Position numbers and translations under genes: made by a program. Positions 37,371 to 47,418 of a DNA stretch of 64,000 bases are shown here, piece after piece. How positions within the stretch are numbered: position 1 is the first letter of the stretch; every line of letters begins with the position of its first letter. The notes beneath the pieces were generated by a model. That model had not been told where the DNA came from. It saw nothing but the letters and a program-made list of their open reading frames with translations, and made no database searches. Origin of the DNA: a virus (taxonomy: Duplodnaviria; Caudoviricetes); IMG/VR virus record IMGVR_UViG_2636415645_000002, positions 19,760 through 83,759 of that record, one strand, 5' to 3'.

Positions 37371-37862
37371 TTATGTGGTTTTCTTGATCCAGGCGGAACC
37401 GCCCGAACGCTGAATGGTTGCAGTGGTGGTCACAACGGTGTTTGCCGCGAACGAGAACGGGAAATCCGATACGTAACCTTCGAACACGAACCAGGTGCGC
37501 GTGGCCGGCAATTCGAAATCATCGCCGTCAGTTTCAAGCGTTGGCAGCGCCGTACCATCAGACCAGCCCACCGCCCACTTGATACTGGTATCGCCGTCAG
37601 CCTCGGAAAGCTGATGCAGGCGAATATGGCTGGCGTTGTTGGGATCAGCATTCAAGCCCAGGGAAGCCTGGCCAGGGGTGCGCAAGCCCTTCTTGTAGCT
37701 GCGCTCCTTGGCGCTCAGGCACGTATCTTCAATCTGGTCAGCCGGCGCGCCGCCTGGGTCAAAGCTGGTGGCACACTCTACCTCCATGACGGTATAGGGG
37801 CCGGTGCCGGACAGCGGTGGAACGAGGGCAAAGACCTGCGTGCCCTGGGTGAGAATGGACAT
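37371..37862 (-). CDS. Major tail tube protein
   Basis: TQGTQV...IEDTCL...GLRTPG motifs. Confidence 0.82.
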   Translation of the reverse strand: MSILTQGTQVFALVPPLSGTGPYTVMEVECATSFDPGGAPADQIEDTCLSAKERSYKKGLRTPGQASLGLNADPNNASHIRLHQLSEADGDTSIKWAVGWSDGTALPTLETDGDDFELPATRTWFVFEGYVSDFPFSFAANTVVTTTATIQRSGGSAWIKKTT

Positions 37863-37921
37863 AGGTGTCTCCTGCGGACAAAAAAATACCCGCTCATGGC
37901 GGGCTTGGGTTTGGGGCTTGG

Positions 37922-38290
37922 TTATCGGCGGACGATCCAGTCCACGTCGAAGCTGTATCGATACAGGCCTGTCTCCGCGTCCTTGGTTTCACCGTTGTAG
38001 CTGGTAATCGTTGCGCTCAATTCGACTGCATATTCAATGGCGTGCCCAGCGGCCCGAGCTGCGGTGGCGGTGGTTCCGTAAACATCCACCTGAAGGCCGT
38101 AGGCCTCTGCATCGGGGCGTCCAGCCAAGAAGTTTTCCGGAGAGCCGTTGACCACCTGCCATACGCAATACGTTCCCGCAGGCGTGTCAGGCGCCATGCC
38201 GAACAAATAGAGACGCGTCGGGTTGGTGCCCAGCAGCGCCGTGACGCCAGGATCAGCAGCAGCAACTTGAAAGATTGGCGGATACTTCAT
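37922..38290 (-). CDS. Tail terminator (DUF3168-like)
   Basis: LQVDVY motif and position. Confidence 0.75.
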   Translation of the reverse strand: MKYPPIFQVAAADPGVTALLGTNPTRLYLFGMAPDTPAGTYCVWQVVNGSPENFLAGRPDAEAYGLQVDVYGTTATAARAAGHAIEYAVELSATITSYNGETKDAETGLYRYSFDVDWIVRR

Positions 38291-38778
38291 TGCGATGCCT
38301 TTTTGGCTGCACGCTTTAGGGCGCGGTCGATGGCTTTCTCGTACTCGGTTACGAATGTGTCAGTCGCTGCGCTGATATTGTCGGCAAGGGCTTTACGCAT
38401 AAAAGGAGAGCCGTGCATTTTTACAGTCCCAAACTCCCAGAGCCTCCAGTGGGGGGTTGGCCCATTGGCTGATAAATCAGGTGTGGTCCCTTTTTTGGGA
38501 AGCACCGCGCCATGCAGCACACCGACCCGAAAGCCGAGATTTCCTGTCTGCTTAAACAGCCGCCCATTCCAACGAAGCGCGATGTTTTTGGCGATCGACC
38601 GGCCAGTAGCCGTGTCGTCCAGCTTCTCGGCGCCCTCCTTTGCCTTGTTGGCCACCAGTTGAGCAGCCTTACGCAACGCTGAGCGCCCGCCTTTGCGCTT
38701 TAGGTCGTAAGTAACCGCCTCAAGCTTGCCGAGCAACGAATCTAAACCATTAATGCTGAACTCCACGCCGTCAGCCAT
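38287..38778 (-). CDS. HK97 gp10-family neck protein
   Basis: WRLWEFGT...PFMRKAL. Confidence 0.85.
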   Translation of the reverse strand: MADGVEFSINGLDSLLGKLEAVTYDLKRKGGRSALRKAAQLVANKAKEGAEKLDDTATGRSIAKNIALRWNGRLFKQTGNLGFRVGVLHGAVLPKKGTTPDLSANGPTPHWRLWEFGTVKMHGSPFMRKALADNISAATDTFVTEYEKAIDRALKRAAKKASQ

Positions 38779-39103
38779 CGTTCACCCCTTCGCTGCAGGG
38801 CAGCGTCAGATACTCCAGGCCGCTAACCTTGTCAGCCAGAACACCCTCAACGTTGTAGATCTTGTCGCGGTGCAGAATGCGCATTGTCGAGTCGATGCCG
38901 GTGCGATATCGAATGACGATGCGGGCTGACACCTTTGACTGATTTGCTGCAGCGGCAATAAAGTCTCGAGCAGATAACGGCTCTATACTTGCCCAGGTCT
39001 TTGCGACCTCAGCCCAAGAAGGAGTCATTTCCCCTGTAACAGGGTCCTGCGTGTGCTCGGGACGCTGGATGATAATTCGATGTCGAAGATCGCCGGCCCT
39101 CAT
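38771..39103 (-). CDS. Head closure protein
   Basis: MRAGDLRHRIIIQ...IRYR. Confidence 0.85.
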   Translation of the reverse strand: MRAGDLRHRIIIQRPEHTQDPVTGEMTPSWAEVAKTWASIEPLSARDFIAAAANQSKVSARIVIRYRTGIDSTMRILHRDKIYNVEGVLADKVSGLEYLTLPCSEGVNDG

Positions 39104-39417
39104 ACATTCACCCAGCGGTGAGGCTTCCAAAGCGCATTGGTTGCCATTGGCAATTCCGCAGTGATCGTTCCGATCACCACCGTCTCGCGGCTGCTATACC
39201 AGTGCCCGATCAGCAACAGCGCTCCTTGCTTAATTGCCTTGGTCATCAACAGCGCATTACCGACCGGATCTGGCAAGGCTGCCTCTGGATCGACCAGCGT
39301 GCGATTGGTCCAGGTCTCAAACGCGCTGAGGGCTGCATCCGTGTAGCCCTGAATCAGCGCATTCTCGTCGTCATGGTCGACCCGTAAGTGAGCCTTGACG
39401 ATGGGGAGATCAATCAA
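39100..39417 (-). CDS. Head-tail connector (gp6-like)
   Basis: VKAHLRVD...LLLIGHWY. Confidence 0.88.
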   Translation of the reverse strand: MIDLPIVKAHLRVDHDDENALIQGYTDAALSAFETWTNRTLVDPEAALPDPVGNALLMTKAIKQGALLLIGHWYSSRETVVIGTITAELPMATNALWKPHRWVNV

Positions 39418-39823
39418 CCTTGGGCACCAATGCTTGAAGGGCTTCTTTGTTGGCGGATGGATCGAACTCGATCCCTTTGCCGGCGAGCCAGGCCTTCAGA
39501 TCGGGAACCTTCATCTTTAGCGGATCGGTTTCTTTCTGAGCCTCGATCGCAGCGTCGATTTCTTCCTGAGAGCTGCGCGATGCGTAACCCTCGGGAGGGT
39601 AATTCACTGCCAGGTAGCCCGCCTCAACAAACTCAGCAACTGTAGGGCCATCCAGTTTCAGGCCATTGGCATCCAGTTGATTGGGGTAACACGCCACGCC
39701 CAGGTGCTCGACCGCCACCAGCGCGCACCGATCCGAGACTTCCTGCTCGCCAGCAGGAACCTCAACCACATGGTTGCCGTCCTCAGAGAATGGGAACGGC
39801 TTCTTCACAAGAATAATCGGCAT
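39410..39823 (-). CDS. Hypothetical head-associated protein
   Basis: C-terminal KVPDLKAWL...KEALQAL (HeH-like). Confidence 0.55.
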   Translation of the reverse strand: MPIILVKKPFPFSEDGNHVVEVPAGEQEVSDRCALVAVEHLGVACYPNQLDANGLKLDGPTVAEFVEAGYLAVNYPPEGYASRSSQEEIDAAIEAQKETDPLKMKVPDLKAWLAGKGIEFDPSANKEALQALVPKVD

Positions 39824-39864
39824 AAATCCTCCGGTAGGCTGGGTGCCCGTAGGCACCCGCCGAT

Positions 39865-41070
39865 TTAGGCAGCGGCGCTCAGGGTGAGAATCTTCACGGC
39901 CTGGGAGTCAACCAGCATGCCGCCGACACGCTTGGTAGTGTAGAAACCAACGAACGGCTTGTTGGTGTATGGGTCGCGCAGCACGCGGGTGCCGATGCGG
40001 TCGACAATGGTGTAAGCGCGCTTGAAGTCACCGAATGCAATGGCATTGGCGTCAGCCGCAACATCTGGCATGTCTTCGTTTTCGGTGATGCCGTAGCCCA
40101 GAAGGACCGACGGCGCACCCGCTTCCAGGCCTGGGCGCCACAGGTAGTTGCCCTCGCTGTCCTTCAGCTTGCGGACATAAGCAACGGTCAGGTTGCCCAT
40201 CATCCAGGTGCCGTTAGCGCGGTAGCCTGCCTTGAGGGCGTGAATCAGGTTGATCAGGCTGTCGCCAGTGATCGCGCCAGCAGTGCCAGAGACGAGCTTT
40301 TGCAGAACACCGAACGCACGTTCGTCGTCGGTCTTCAAGTCGAGGCCGTAAGCCAGCATACCTTTTGGCTTGTTGATGCCATCACCTTTCGTAAAAGCAC
40401 TGCCTTCCTTCTCGGCGAAGTCGCGAGCAACCTCGCCATTTAGCCAGCCCTCGGCATCGAAGAAGATGTCGTCAAGACTGGTCTGAGTGGCTTGCGGGTT
40501 GGCGTACAGCTCACCCATAAACGCAGAGATGTTGCCGAGCTTTGGAGTGTTGGTTGCCGGACGAGGGTCGGTTTCACCCACCCAGCCAGCACCGTTGCCG
40601 CCGAGGTTAACCAGGCGTTTGTAGTCTGGGCTACCAACAGTGATCTGATTGCAGACCTGACGCATAGGCGACGTATCGCGCAGCAGTTCGATGATGCTGC
40701 GGTCCAGTTCTTCGGGAACCGCAAAACCGCCATCGGCATCAACGCCGACCTGCAATGCCTTGGCCTGCAGTTCGCCCAGGCCAGTCTCGGTACCCTTGCG
40801 CACGAACTGCATGAATGCGGCCTTGTGCTCACTGGCGGCCTTGGTGCCGGTACCGTCTGGGCGCTTGAGAGACAACAGCTCTTTTTCCAGATTGCTTTTC
40901 AGCTCATCCAACTCGCTCAACTTCTCGTTGAGGGTATCGACCTGGCCGGACAGCTTGCCCTTTTCTTCTTCCAGGCCATCAATGCGCTTGTCATTGGTCT
41001 TTTTGAATTCGTCGAACTTCTTGCCCAGGGCTTCGGCGACGTCATCGATATCTTTCTTTTCAACAGCCAT
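39865..41070 (-). CDS. Major capsid protein, HK97 family
   Basis: DGGFAVPEE, KLKDSEGNYLW and FGDF motifs. Confidence 0.95.
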   Translation of the reverse strand: MAVEKKDIDDVAEALGKKFDEFKKTNDKRIDGLEEEKGKLSGQVDTLNEKLSELDELKSNLEKELLSLKRPDGTGTKAASEHKAAFMQFVRKGTETGLGELQAKALQVGVDADGGFAVPEELDRSIIELLRDTSPMRQVCNQITVGSPDYKRLVNLGGNGAGWVGETDPRPATNTPKLGNISAFMGELYANPQATQTSLDDIFFDAEGWLNGEVARDFAEKEGSAFTKGDGINKPKGMLAYGLDLKTDDERAFGVLQKLVSGTAGAITGDSLINLIHALKAGYRANGTWMMGNLTVAYVRKLKDSEGNYLWRPGLEAGAPSVLLGYGITENEDMPDVAADANAIAFGDFKRAYTIVDRIGTRVLRDPYTNKPFVGFYTTKRVGGMLVDSQAVKILTLSAAA

Positions 41071-41080
41071 GAGAGGCTCC

Positions 41081-41734
41081 TTAAATGCGGGTCAGTAAAG
41101 ATTTGAGGGATTGCATTGCATCGTCGGCATCCGCCTCTCGCGGTGAAACTGCGCCGTAGCCCTTGGCCATAAAGGCCTTGGCCTGGGAGCCAGAAAACCC
41201 AACCTCTCGAAGGGCTCGCTCCACTTTGCTGGGCGGCGGTGTTTCGCCGCGGGCCAGCAGAGATTTCACATCAGTGATCCGGGCCTCATCGTTGGCCGGG
41301 AACGTGACCAGGGAGAGCTCCCAAAGGTCGATTGCCTTCAGAATCCAAACTCCCTTCTCCTTGTCATACTCGTAGTCATCGAGCATGTAGCCGATGGAGG
41401 TCCCGGTCAGGCTGCCTGCCTTCATGTGCGCATGGGCACGCTTGGCAAGCGGGTCATCCTCAATAAGCAGGCGCCCTTTGAAGAACAACCCCACATCGTC
41501 TTCACGCATCTCGGTGTAGATGCCGATCGGTTCGTTCATGTTGTGCTGCCAGAGCATGGCCGGCAGGCGGCCCTTCTCTTTCCACTTGGCCAGACTGGCC
41601 GTGAATGCCCCGCGAACAACCACGTCGCCGTAGCTGTCCTCGACACCAAACACAGAGCCATAGCCCTCGAACTCGCCGCTTTCGCTGACCGATTTAATGG
41701 TGAGCGGTCGGTCAAGACGCTGTTTTGTCTGCAT
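41081..41734 (-). CDS. HK97-family prohead protease
   Basis: FEGYGSVF, LWQH, SIGY and ELSLVTFPAN motifs. Confidence 0.93.
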   Translation of the reverse strand: MQTKQRLDRPLTIKSVSESGEFEGYGSVFGVEDSYGDVVVRGAFTASLAKWKEKGRLPAMLWQHNMNEPIGIYTEMREDDVGLFFKGRLLIEDDPLAKRAHAHMKAGSLTGTSIGYMLDDYEYDKEKGVWILKAIDLWELSLVTFPANDEARITDVKSLLARGETPPPSKVERALREVGFSGSQAKAFMAKGYGAVSPREADADDAMQSLKSLLTRI

Positions 41735-42923
41735 CGTCGGCAGCCTCTGGTTTGGTAGTCATGTTCATCGGGGTTAGGTAGATGTCGCCGCCTTCGCGGG
41801 GGTTTTCGTCTTCCAGTTCTCGACAGTCGTTGGGGCTCAAAATCCCCCACTGGATGCCCTTGCCGTAAGATTCGTACCGCCCCTTCAGGTCGCCGCGCAT
41901 CAGGGCGCCGGCATTGAACTTGGCGTAGTGAGTTAGGCGATCTTTCTCGTTGAGCAGTCCGACCTGAATGCGGTGCTCAATGCGGGTCATGATCGGAACC
42001 AGCGAGTAGTTCACGAAGCTCATGCCCATATGCTCAATGTTGTTAAGCGTCATCTTTTCCATGCTGGCCACTAGGTGCGGTGGCACGCGAAACAAGCCAC
42101 AGATCTGAGCCTCGGTGAGCTTCTTGGATTCGATGAACTGGGTGTCTTGGGCATTGAGGCTGATCGGCTTCCAGTCCAACCCCATCTCCAGGATCATGGG
42201 CTTGTAGGCGTTTGCCACCCCCATATGTTGTCCCTGGAAGTCCTCTTTCAGTCGACCGAACGCCTCGTCTGTAAGCTGTTGCTCGGTCCGCAGGACACCA
42301 CTAGTTACGGCGCCGTTGGTGAACAGCTTGGCGGCGTGAGCGTCCATCGCCTGTCCGAGCCCCAGCGCCTGACGCGCATAGGCAATCGGATTCAGCCCGT
42401 TGAGCCCATCCAGCGTGAACAAGCGAACATGCCAAATCTCATCCTGGGTTAGCGTTTGAACGCCCGATTTGAAATTGACCTTGTATTCAACTGTCCAATC
42501 ATCCTTGAGCTTTGGCGTAACGATGTCCGGGTTGAGCGGTAGAAGCTCAACCACGTTGCCCAGCGCCTTCACCTTATAGGCGTAGAAATTACCGCGAAGA
42601 CAAAGACACGCCACCAACATCTCCCAGAACTCCTGGGCGGTCATGTAGCTATTGGGGGCCATGGTGATCAGGGGGTAGAGCCGGTGCCCTGTGGCAGGCA
42701 ATCGGACGCGGCCCGTTTGCTTCAAAAGCCTACAAGGCAGCATCCCCATCGACTCGGCCAGCACCCGCACGCAGTTGAATACAACAAGTTGCTGCATAGC
42801 GCTGGTGGTTGTTACACGTTGGCCGGCATTGCTTTCATAGCCAGCGCCCAGCGCTTGGGCAAGCTTCTCCGGCGTATCAATGACCTGTGTGTCGTTTTTC
42901 CTCCCAAGAAGTGAACGAAGCAT
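41712..42923 (-). CDS. Portal protein, HK97 family
   Basis: LRGNFY, FRVPPH and PNDCRELE motifs. Confidence 0.93.
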   Translation of the reverse strand: MLRSLLGRKNDTQVIDTPEKLAQALGAGYESNAGQRVTTTSAMQQLVVFNCVRVLAESMGMLPCRLLKQTGRVRLPATGHRLYPLITMAPNSYMTAQEFWEMLVACLCLRGNFYAYKVKALGNVVELLPLNPDIVTPKLKDDWTVEYKVNFKSGVQTLTQDEIWHVRLFTLDGLNGLNPIAYARQALGLGQAMDAHAAKLFTNGAVTSGVLRTEQQLTDEAFGRLKEDFQGQHMGVANAYKPMILEMGLDWKPISLNAQDTQFIESKKLTEAQICGLFRVPPHLVASMEKMTLNNIEHMGMSFVNYSLVPIMTRIEHRIQVGLLNEKDRLTHYAKFNAGALMRGDLKGRYESYGKGIQWGILSPNDCRELEDENPREGGDIYLTPMNMTTKPEAADDADKTAS

Positions 42924-43114
42924 CAGCGTCCACCTCGTACGATTGAGTACACAGACAGGGTGATCAGTAGCGCTCCACATACAGTCAATGCCAAAGGCTC
43001 ACCCATCCACACCCACAACCCTCGAGTCAGCAAGGCCAGGCCAAGCACGCCGACGAGATCAGGCAAAGCCTCTTTCAGCGCCTCCAACTTTGGCGGCTTG
43101 ATTTCTTCGGTCAT
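42923..43114 (-). CDS. Small membrane protein
   Basis: 63 aa, two TM segments, between terminase and portal. Confidence 0.6.
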   Translation of the reverse strand: MTEEIKPPKLEALKEALPDLVGVLGLALLTRGLWVWMGEPLALTVCGALLITLSVYSIVRGGR

Positions 43115-44838
43115 AGGGTTCGAATTCCGTGCTTGGAGATATGGTCAGAAAGGGTGTCGTCTGGGTGCAGGTTCGCGAGAACGCGACCGATCGCCATGAT
43201 CAACGCCACAGCCCCGTCAATTTTGTTGTCGTCGCCCTGCTTGATCGGGCGCACCACGTCATCGTTACCTGGAAGATTTTTCCCAATGACGTTGCCGATG
43301 CACCAGGTCATGATCGGGTTGCCGTCGTGATGGAACCGGCCCGACTCAATAGCGGCTTCCAGTTCTTTCATTGGGTCCGACATGTTGGTGTAGTTCTGGG
43401 TGGTGGTAATTGGGTTGAAACCCTCATCATCCAGATCGTGACTCAACCCAGTGGCACCAAATGGGTCGATTGGCGACTCCCGCAAAGGAGCCTGATGATT
43501 TGCCTCTTTCGTATCCTCCAAGATCTCTCGGTAATCGACCTCGGCCCCATCAGTTACTTCCAAGTGCCCGGAGTGAATCCATGCCTGAAACCGCTCAGAC
43601 ATCCGCTTGTTATCGGTATTGAATGCGGTGTCGTAGGGAACCCAGAACTTCGGGGCAACGCTGTAGTAGTGGACTTTCCCGTCAATCATTCGCCAGAACA
43701 GGCGAGCCCTTGAGTTCATGTCGAGCTTGCGCGCCAGGTCGAAACCCGCATTCCACTCTTGGCCCTCGAACTGCTCCAGGGTCAGTGTGGTGTCCTCGCA
43801 AGCCTTCCAGCTTTCCATGTTGTAGAAGCCGGACTTGGCACTCACCCAGAGATTTAGGTGCTTTGTCTTGAAGGTGTTGGTGAATCTGGCTGAGCGAATC
43901 GCTCTGGCCTGCTGGCTCTCCAGATACTCCTGGAACACCGACACCCCATGGTTCGGGTTGGCCTTGGCCAACATCTTCGGGTCAGTCCAGTCATCCCCCT
44001 CATCAAGCGTCCAGATCCAGCCGAACAACTCATCGTCGGGCACGGTGCCCTCGAGCATCTCGATTACCTGGCGGCGCTTGTCGTAGCAAGGACCCTCAAT
44101 GTCGGCGCCGGCGGTGGTGATGATGAACATCAACGGCTGCCGCCTGGCCCCCATACCGGTGAGCATGGTGTCGTATTGGGCTGACGTAGGGTGTTCGTGA
44201 TATTCGTCGACGATGGCACAGCTTGGTGAGGCACCATCACCTGGGTTGCCGATCAGCGGCTCGAAACGACTGAAGTCCGATGGGATGTTCATGTTCGAGG
44301 CGTTCACCTCAATGCCGGCGGCCTGCACCAGCATTGGCGACTTGGTGACCATCAGCTTCGCCGGGCGGAACACTTCCCAGGCCTGCTTCTCTGTCGTGGC
44401 ACCTGCATACACCTCGGCACCGTACTCACCATCGGCGACGAACATGCTTATGCCAACACCACCAGCAACGACTGACTTTCCGTTCTTGCGGGGAACCTCC
44501 CAATAGCTTTCGCGGAACCGTCGGTAGCCACCCTTCTTCCTGACCCAGCCGAACGTCACCGCAATACCGAACAGTTGCCAGGCCTCAAGAGTGATCAGTT
44601 GTCGCTTGAATGCCCATTCGCCTTTGGTGTGCGGCAACAGCTGCATCAGCTTGAGCTTCTTCTCCGCCTTGGCTGGATCGAACTTGAAGCGGAATGCGCG
44701 CTTGCGGCTGGCAGCCAAATCATCGAAGTGGCGCTGCACCGCCTGGTGGATGTAACGGCACGCAGGAACCTTCCCGCGCAACAGAGACCTTCCCCACGCC
44801 ATCGCCTTGTCGACATTGGGGTGGGCAGATTTGGTCAT
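43111..44838 (-). CDS. Terminase large subunit
   Basis: PRKNGKS Walker A, IVDEYH Walker B, KIDGAVA. Confidence 0.95.
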   Translation of the reverse strand: MTKSAHPNVDKAMAWGRSLLRGKVPACRYIHQAVQRHFDDLAASRKRAFRFKFDPAKAEKKLKLMQLLPHTKGEWAFKRQLITLEAWQLFGIAVTFGWVRKKGGYRRFRESYWEVPRKNGKSVVAGGVGISMFVADGEYGAEVYAGATTEKQAWEVFRPAKLMVTKSPMLVQAAGIEVNASNMNIPSDFSRFEPLIGNPGDGASPSCAIVDEYHEHPTSAQYDTMLTGMGARRQPLMFIITTAGADIEGPCYDKRRQVIEMLEGTVPDDELFGWIWTLDEGDDWTDPKMLAKANPNHGVSVFQEYLESQQARAIRSARFTNTFKTKHLNLWVSAKSGFYNMESWKACEDTTLTLEQFEGQEWNAGFDLARKLDMNSRARLFWRMIDGKVHYYSVAPKFWVPYDTAFNTDNKRMSERFQAWIHSGHLEVTDGAEVDYREILEDTKEANHQAPLRESPIDPFGATGLSHDLDDEGFNPITTTQNYTNMSDPMKELEAAIESGRFHHDGNPIMTWCIGNVIGKNLPGNDDVVRPIKQGDDNKIDGAVALIMAIGRVLANLHPDDTLSDHISKHGIRTL

Positions 44839-45323
44839 CAGGTTCTCAGCAGGCTGGCAAATTCGTTGGTTTCTTTCTCCTTGTTACCGCCGATCAGGCG
44901 CGTACGACTGGCCGGATCGAGCCCAAGCATCGAGCCGAAGGTCACGATCTGACGCATCGTTTCGTTGGCAGCGGTCAGTGCTGGGTTCTTTATCGGGCCG
45001 CCCTGCGCACCAGCCACCACGATTCCGTGCTGCTGGACTGACTCTTGGGCCATGCGCCAGTTGTCATACGCAACGCAGAACGCTTCGACGTTGTGCAGAT
45101 CGGTGATCGCCACGACGTTTTCGCGCAGCAGTTCGGGTACAACCATGCGCCACATCTGGGCAGCGCGATTGCTCAACCACTCGGGCGGATCGACATCTGT
45201 GATTTTTGAAAACTCTGGCTCGGCCTTATTGAGCGCTCGCTTGCCAGGATTTCCGGCGAGCATTTTCTTGGCCGTCGGCTTGGGTTTGCGACCACGGCCG
45301 GCGACCGTGGCGGTGCCTCCCAT
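44838..45323 (-). CDS. Terminase small subunit, P27 family
   Basis: GRKPKPT...GNPGKR...LGLDPASR. Confidence 0.9.
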   Translation of the reverse strand: MGGTATVAGRGRKPKPTAKKMLAGNPGKRALNKAEPEFSKITDVDPPEWLSNRAAQMWRMVVPELLRENVVAITDLHNVEAFCVAYDNWRMAQESVQQHGIVVAGAQGGPIKNPALTAANETMRQIVTFGSMLGLDPASRTRLIGGNKEKETNEFASLLRT

Positions 45324-45482
45324 CGCGCAACTCCTGGATTTTTAATTTCGCGGGTGTGAAAAAACGATTGAGGGCGCGGTCTAGAAGCGAAAAGGCCCAG
45401 ACTTTCGACCCTCCCCCTCCCTTTCTGCGCAAATCGTTCTCATTTGGTCGTTTTCCACTGCTTTTCGGCCATTTTTCTGTTT

Positions 45483-45857
45483 TCAGCGCCGGGAATTGCC
45501 GAAACCACCGTCCTCGGAGGCCGTTTTGCTGGAGTGGCACGGACCACACAGGCTCTGCCAGTTGTCACGATCCCAGAACAGGGTCATGTCACCTTTGTGC
45601 GGGATGATGTGGTCAACATCCGTCGCCGCGACCACCTTGCCTCCCTGCTCGCAGAATCTGCACAGCGGATGCTTGGCCAGCCAACCAGCCCGGGCCTGCT
45701 GCCACTTATAGTTGTAGTGGCGCTTGGTGCTGCTCTCTCGGGGCTTCGCCCAGGTCGAGCTCTTGAGTAGGTGAGCGTGATCATCACAGTACCGAGGGTT
45801 ACGGGTCAGGGTGTTGCAGCCCTGGGCATTGCACGGCTTCTGCGGTCTCAGCGGCAC
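45483..45857 (-). CDS. HNH endonuclease, packaging-associated
   Basis: VDHIIPH...NWQSLC..CHSSKT. Confidence 0.9.
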   Translation of the reverse strand: MPLRPQKPCNAQGCNTLTRNPRYCDDHAHLLKSSTWAKPRESSTKRHYNYKWQQARAGWLAKHPLCRFCEQGGKVVAATDVDHIIPHKGDMTLFWDRDNWQSLCGPCHSSKTASEDGGFGNSRR

Positions 45858-46030
45858 GGGGTGCCATCCATGTATGTCAGCGGGCGGGCATCAGGGTCCT
45901 GCTCGGCCTGATCCTCTGCCAGCGCCTGGATCAGTAGCGCTTGGTGCTCCTCCATCCGCTCCAGCAGCGCGGTCTGTTTCTTCATCTCGGCCAACATCTC
46001 GGCCTGTAAGCAATTCGCTTGCTCGCTCAT
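45848..46030 (-). CDS. Small hypothetical protein
   Basis: 60 aa ending TYMDGTPCR; within late operon. Confidence 0.55.
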   Translation of the reverse strand: MSEQANCLQAEMLAEMKKQTALLERMEEHQALLIQALAEDQAEQDPDARPLTYMDGTPCR

Positions 46031-46090
46031 AGGCCAGCCTCTTCATCTTGTTGAACCATTCGCGCCTGGCGGCGCATCCACTGCAAGCCA

Positions 46091-46423
46091 TCACTCAGAC
46101 TTGCGGCTGGGAAACTTGAACTCCGCAACCCGGTCAGCAAAGTCGGCCAGCTTCTTAACACCCAAGAATCCGATAAACACACCGGCAGCCGTCGCAAGGT
46201 TCTGCGGCAGTCCGAAGTACTCAAGGACCGGGATCAGTCCGATCGTGATCAAGGTGCAGATTGCGGCCTCGAGCAGAGCCTGGCGCCGGGTCCCGCCGCC
46301 GTAGATGATCCTGATACCAGCCATCAATGCAGATAAGCCTGCGGCATATAGAGTCGGCGAATGCTGACTCAGCCATGCAAGCACGATGAGCCAGGTATCT
46401 GGTTTGTCTGGCATGTTCGACAT
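46091..46423 (-). CDS. Holin, lambda S family
   Basis: Three TM segments, IGFLGV motif, MSNM dual-start. Confidence 0.85.
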   Translation of the reverse strand: MSNMPDKPDTWLIVLAWLSQHSPTLYAAGLSALMAGIRIIYGGGTRRQALLEAAICTLITIGLIPVLEYFGLPQNLATAAGVFIGFLGVKKLADFADRVAEFKFPSRKSE

Positions 46424-46707
46424 CTCAGGTTCCTCCCTTTCGGGGAGTGAATAGATCAGCCCCAACGGCACTCCCAGCTCAGCGCGATGGGTGTGGTGGA
46501 GCCGAAAACGAAAAAGCCCCGGCAAATGCCGAGGCTCAATGTGGGTGGAGATGGAGACCCTGTCAGGTCTCTGTCGTGGCGTTTCCCCCCAGTCCCCACG
46601 CTGACTGTTACCCCTGCACGTTGCCGCCGGGCTTTGATCATCTCCAGAAAACAAAAAGCCCAACTTAGGGTTGGGCTTTGCTCGCGGAAAAACCGCAAAG
46701 TAACTGA

Positions 46708-46736
46708 AATCTATATGCAGGGACCGGGCCTGTCAA
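46708..46736 (-). promoter_or_regulatory. pR'-like late promoter
   Basis: TTGACA-17 bp-TAGATT overlapping the Q stop, followed by terminator-like hairpins at ~46654-46680 and ~46512-46537. Confidence 0.75.
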
Positions 46737-47086
46737 GCAGCCTGACGACGAATATCTAATGCCCCGTCAATCCACGCAATTCCCGCCTTCCAGAGCCCAC
46801 GTGTCTTCTCTTCGCCGAAGCCCATCTTCTTTCCAACGTCCATTAAGGAGCTGTCGAGCCTGGTGTAGTACTTCATCAGCACCTGGCCGCATTCCGGGTA
46901 GCGCTTGAGCAGTCGGCCCATCAAGCCATCGATCATCAGGGCATCGTCATCGGTGATCATTGGCGACAGGACAGTGTTCTCACGAGAGGCGCAGCACGAA
47001 ACACCAGAGCCCAGTACAACCCAGCGGCCCCAATGCTCCAGCAGATCCTCAGCGGTGCGTTCTCTAAAGCTCGGTGTGAAGGCCAT
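46733..47086 (-). CDS. Antiterminator Q
   Basis: LLEHWGRW...ITDDDAL...AWIDG. Confidence 0.85.
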   Translation of the reverse strand: MAFTPSFRERTAEDLLEHWGRWVVLGSGVSCCASRENTVLSPMITDDDALMIDGLMGRLLKRYPECGQVLMKYYTRLDSSLMDVGKKMGFGEEKTRGLWKAGIAWIDGALDIRRQAA

Positions 47087-47089
47087 GGC

Positions 47090-47416
47090 TCAATCCCCTG
47101 TGTAGTTGGTGGCGCCTGGGCCACGGCGGTTGTTTTCGTCGTACTGCTGCTGTTCGCCTGATTGCTGATTAACTCGATTGCCAAAAGCGATGATCCGTTG
47201 CTGATAGATATTCAGCATGAGCCCGAGCTGGGTCACCATTATCTCCACCGGCAAAGCTTCGCCAGTCTCCGTTGATACCCAGCCGGAGGCGTGGCATTTG
47301 GTGCACGGCAGTTCGTGGAAAACGCCTTTGGTGACCGCCTTGCCTTTGCAGATGGGGCACCACTTCAGCGGTGTTGGATTGGCCTTGAAGGCGGGGCCGT
47401 GCTGCCTTTTCATCAT
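47090..47416 (-). CDS. Zinc-finger hypothetical protein
   Basis: CPIC...CTKC motifs. Confidence 0.65.
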   Translation of the reverse strand: MMKRQHGPAFKANPTPLKWCPICKGKAVTKGVFHELPCTKCHASGWVSTETGEALPVEIMVTQLGLMLNIYQQRIIAFGNRVNQQSGEQQQYDENNRRGPGATNYTGD

Positions 47417-47418
47417 TT

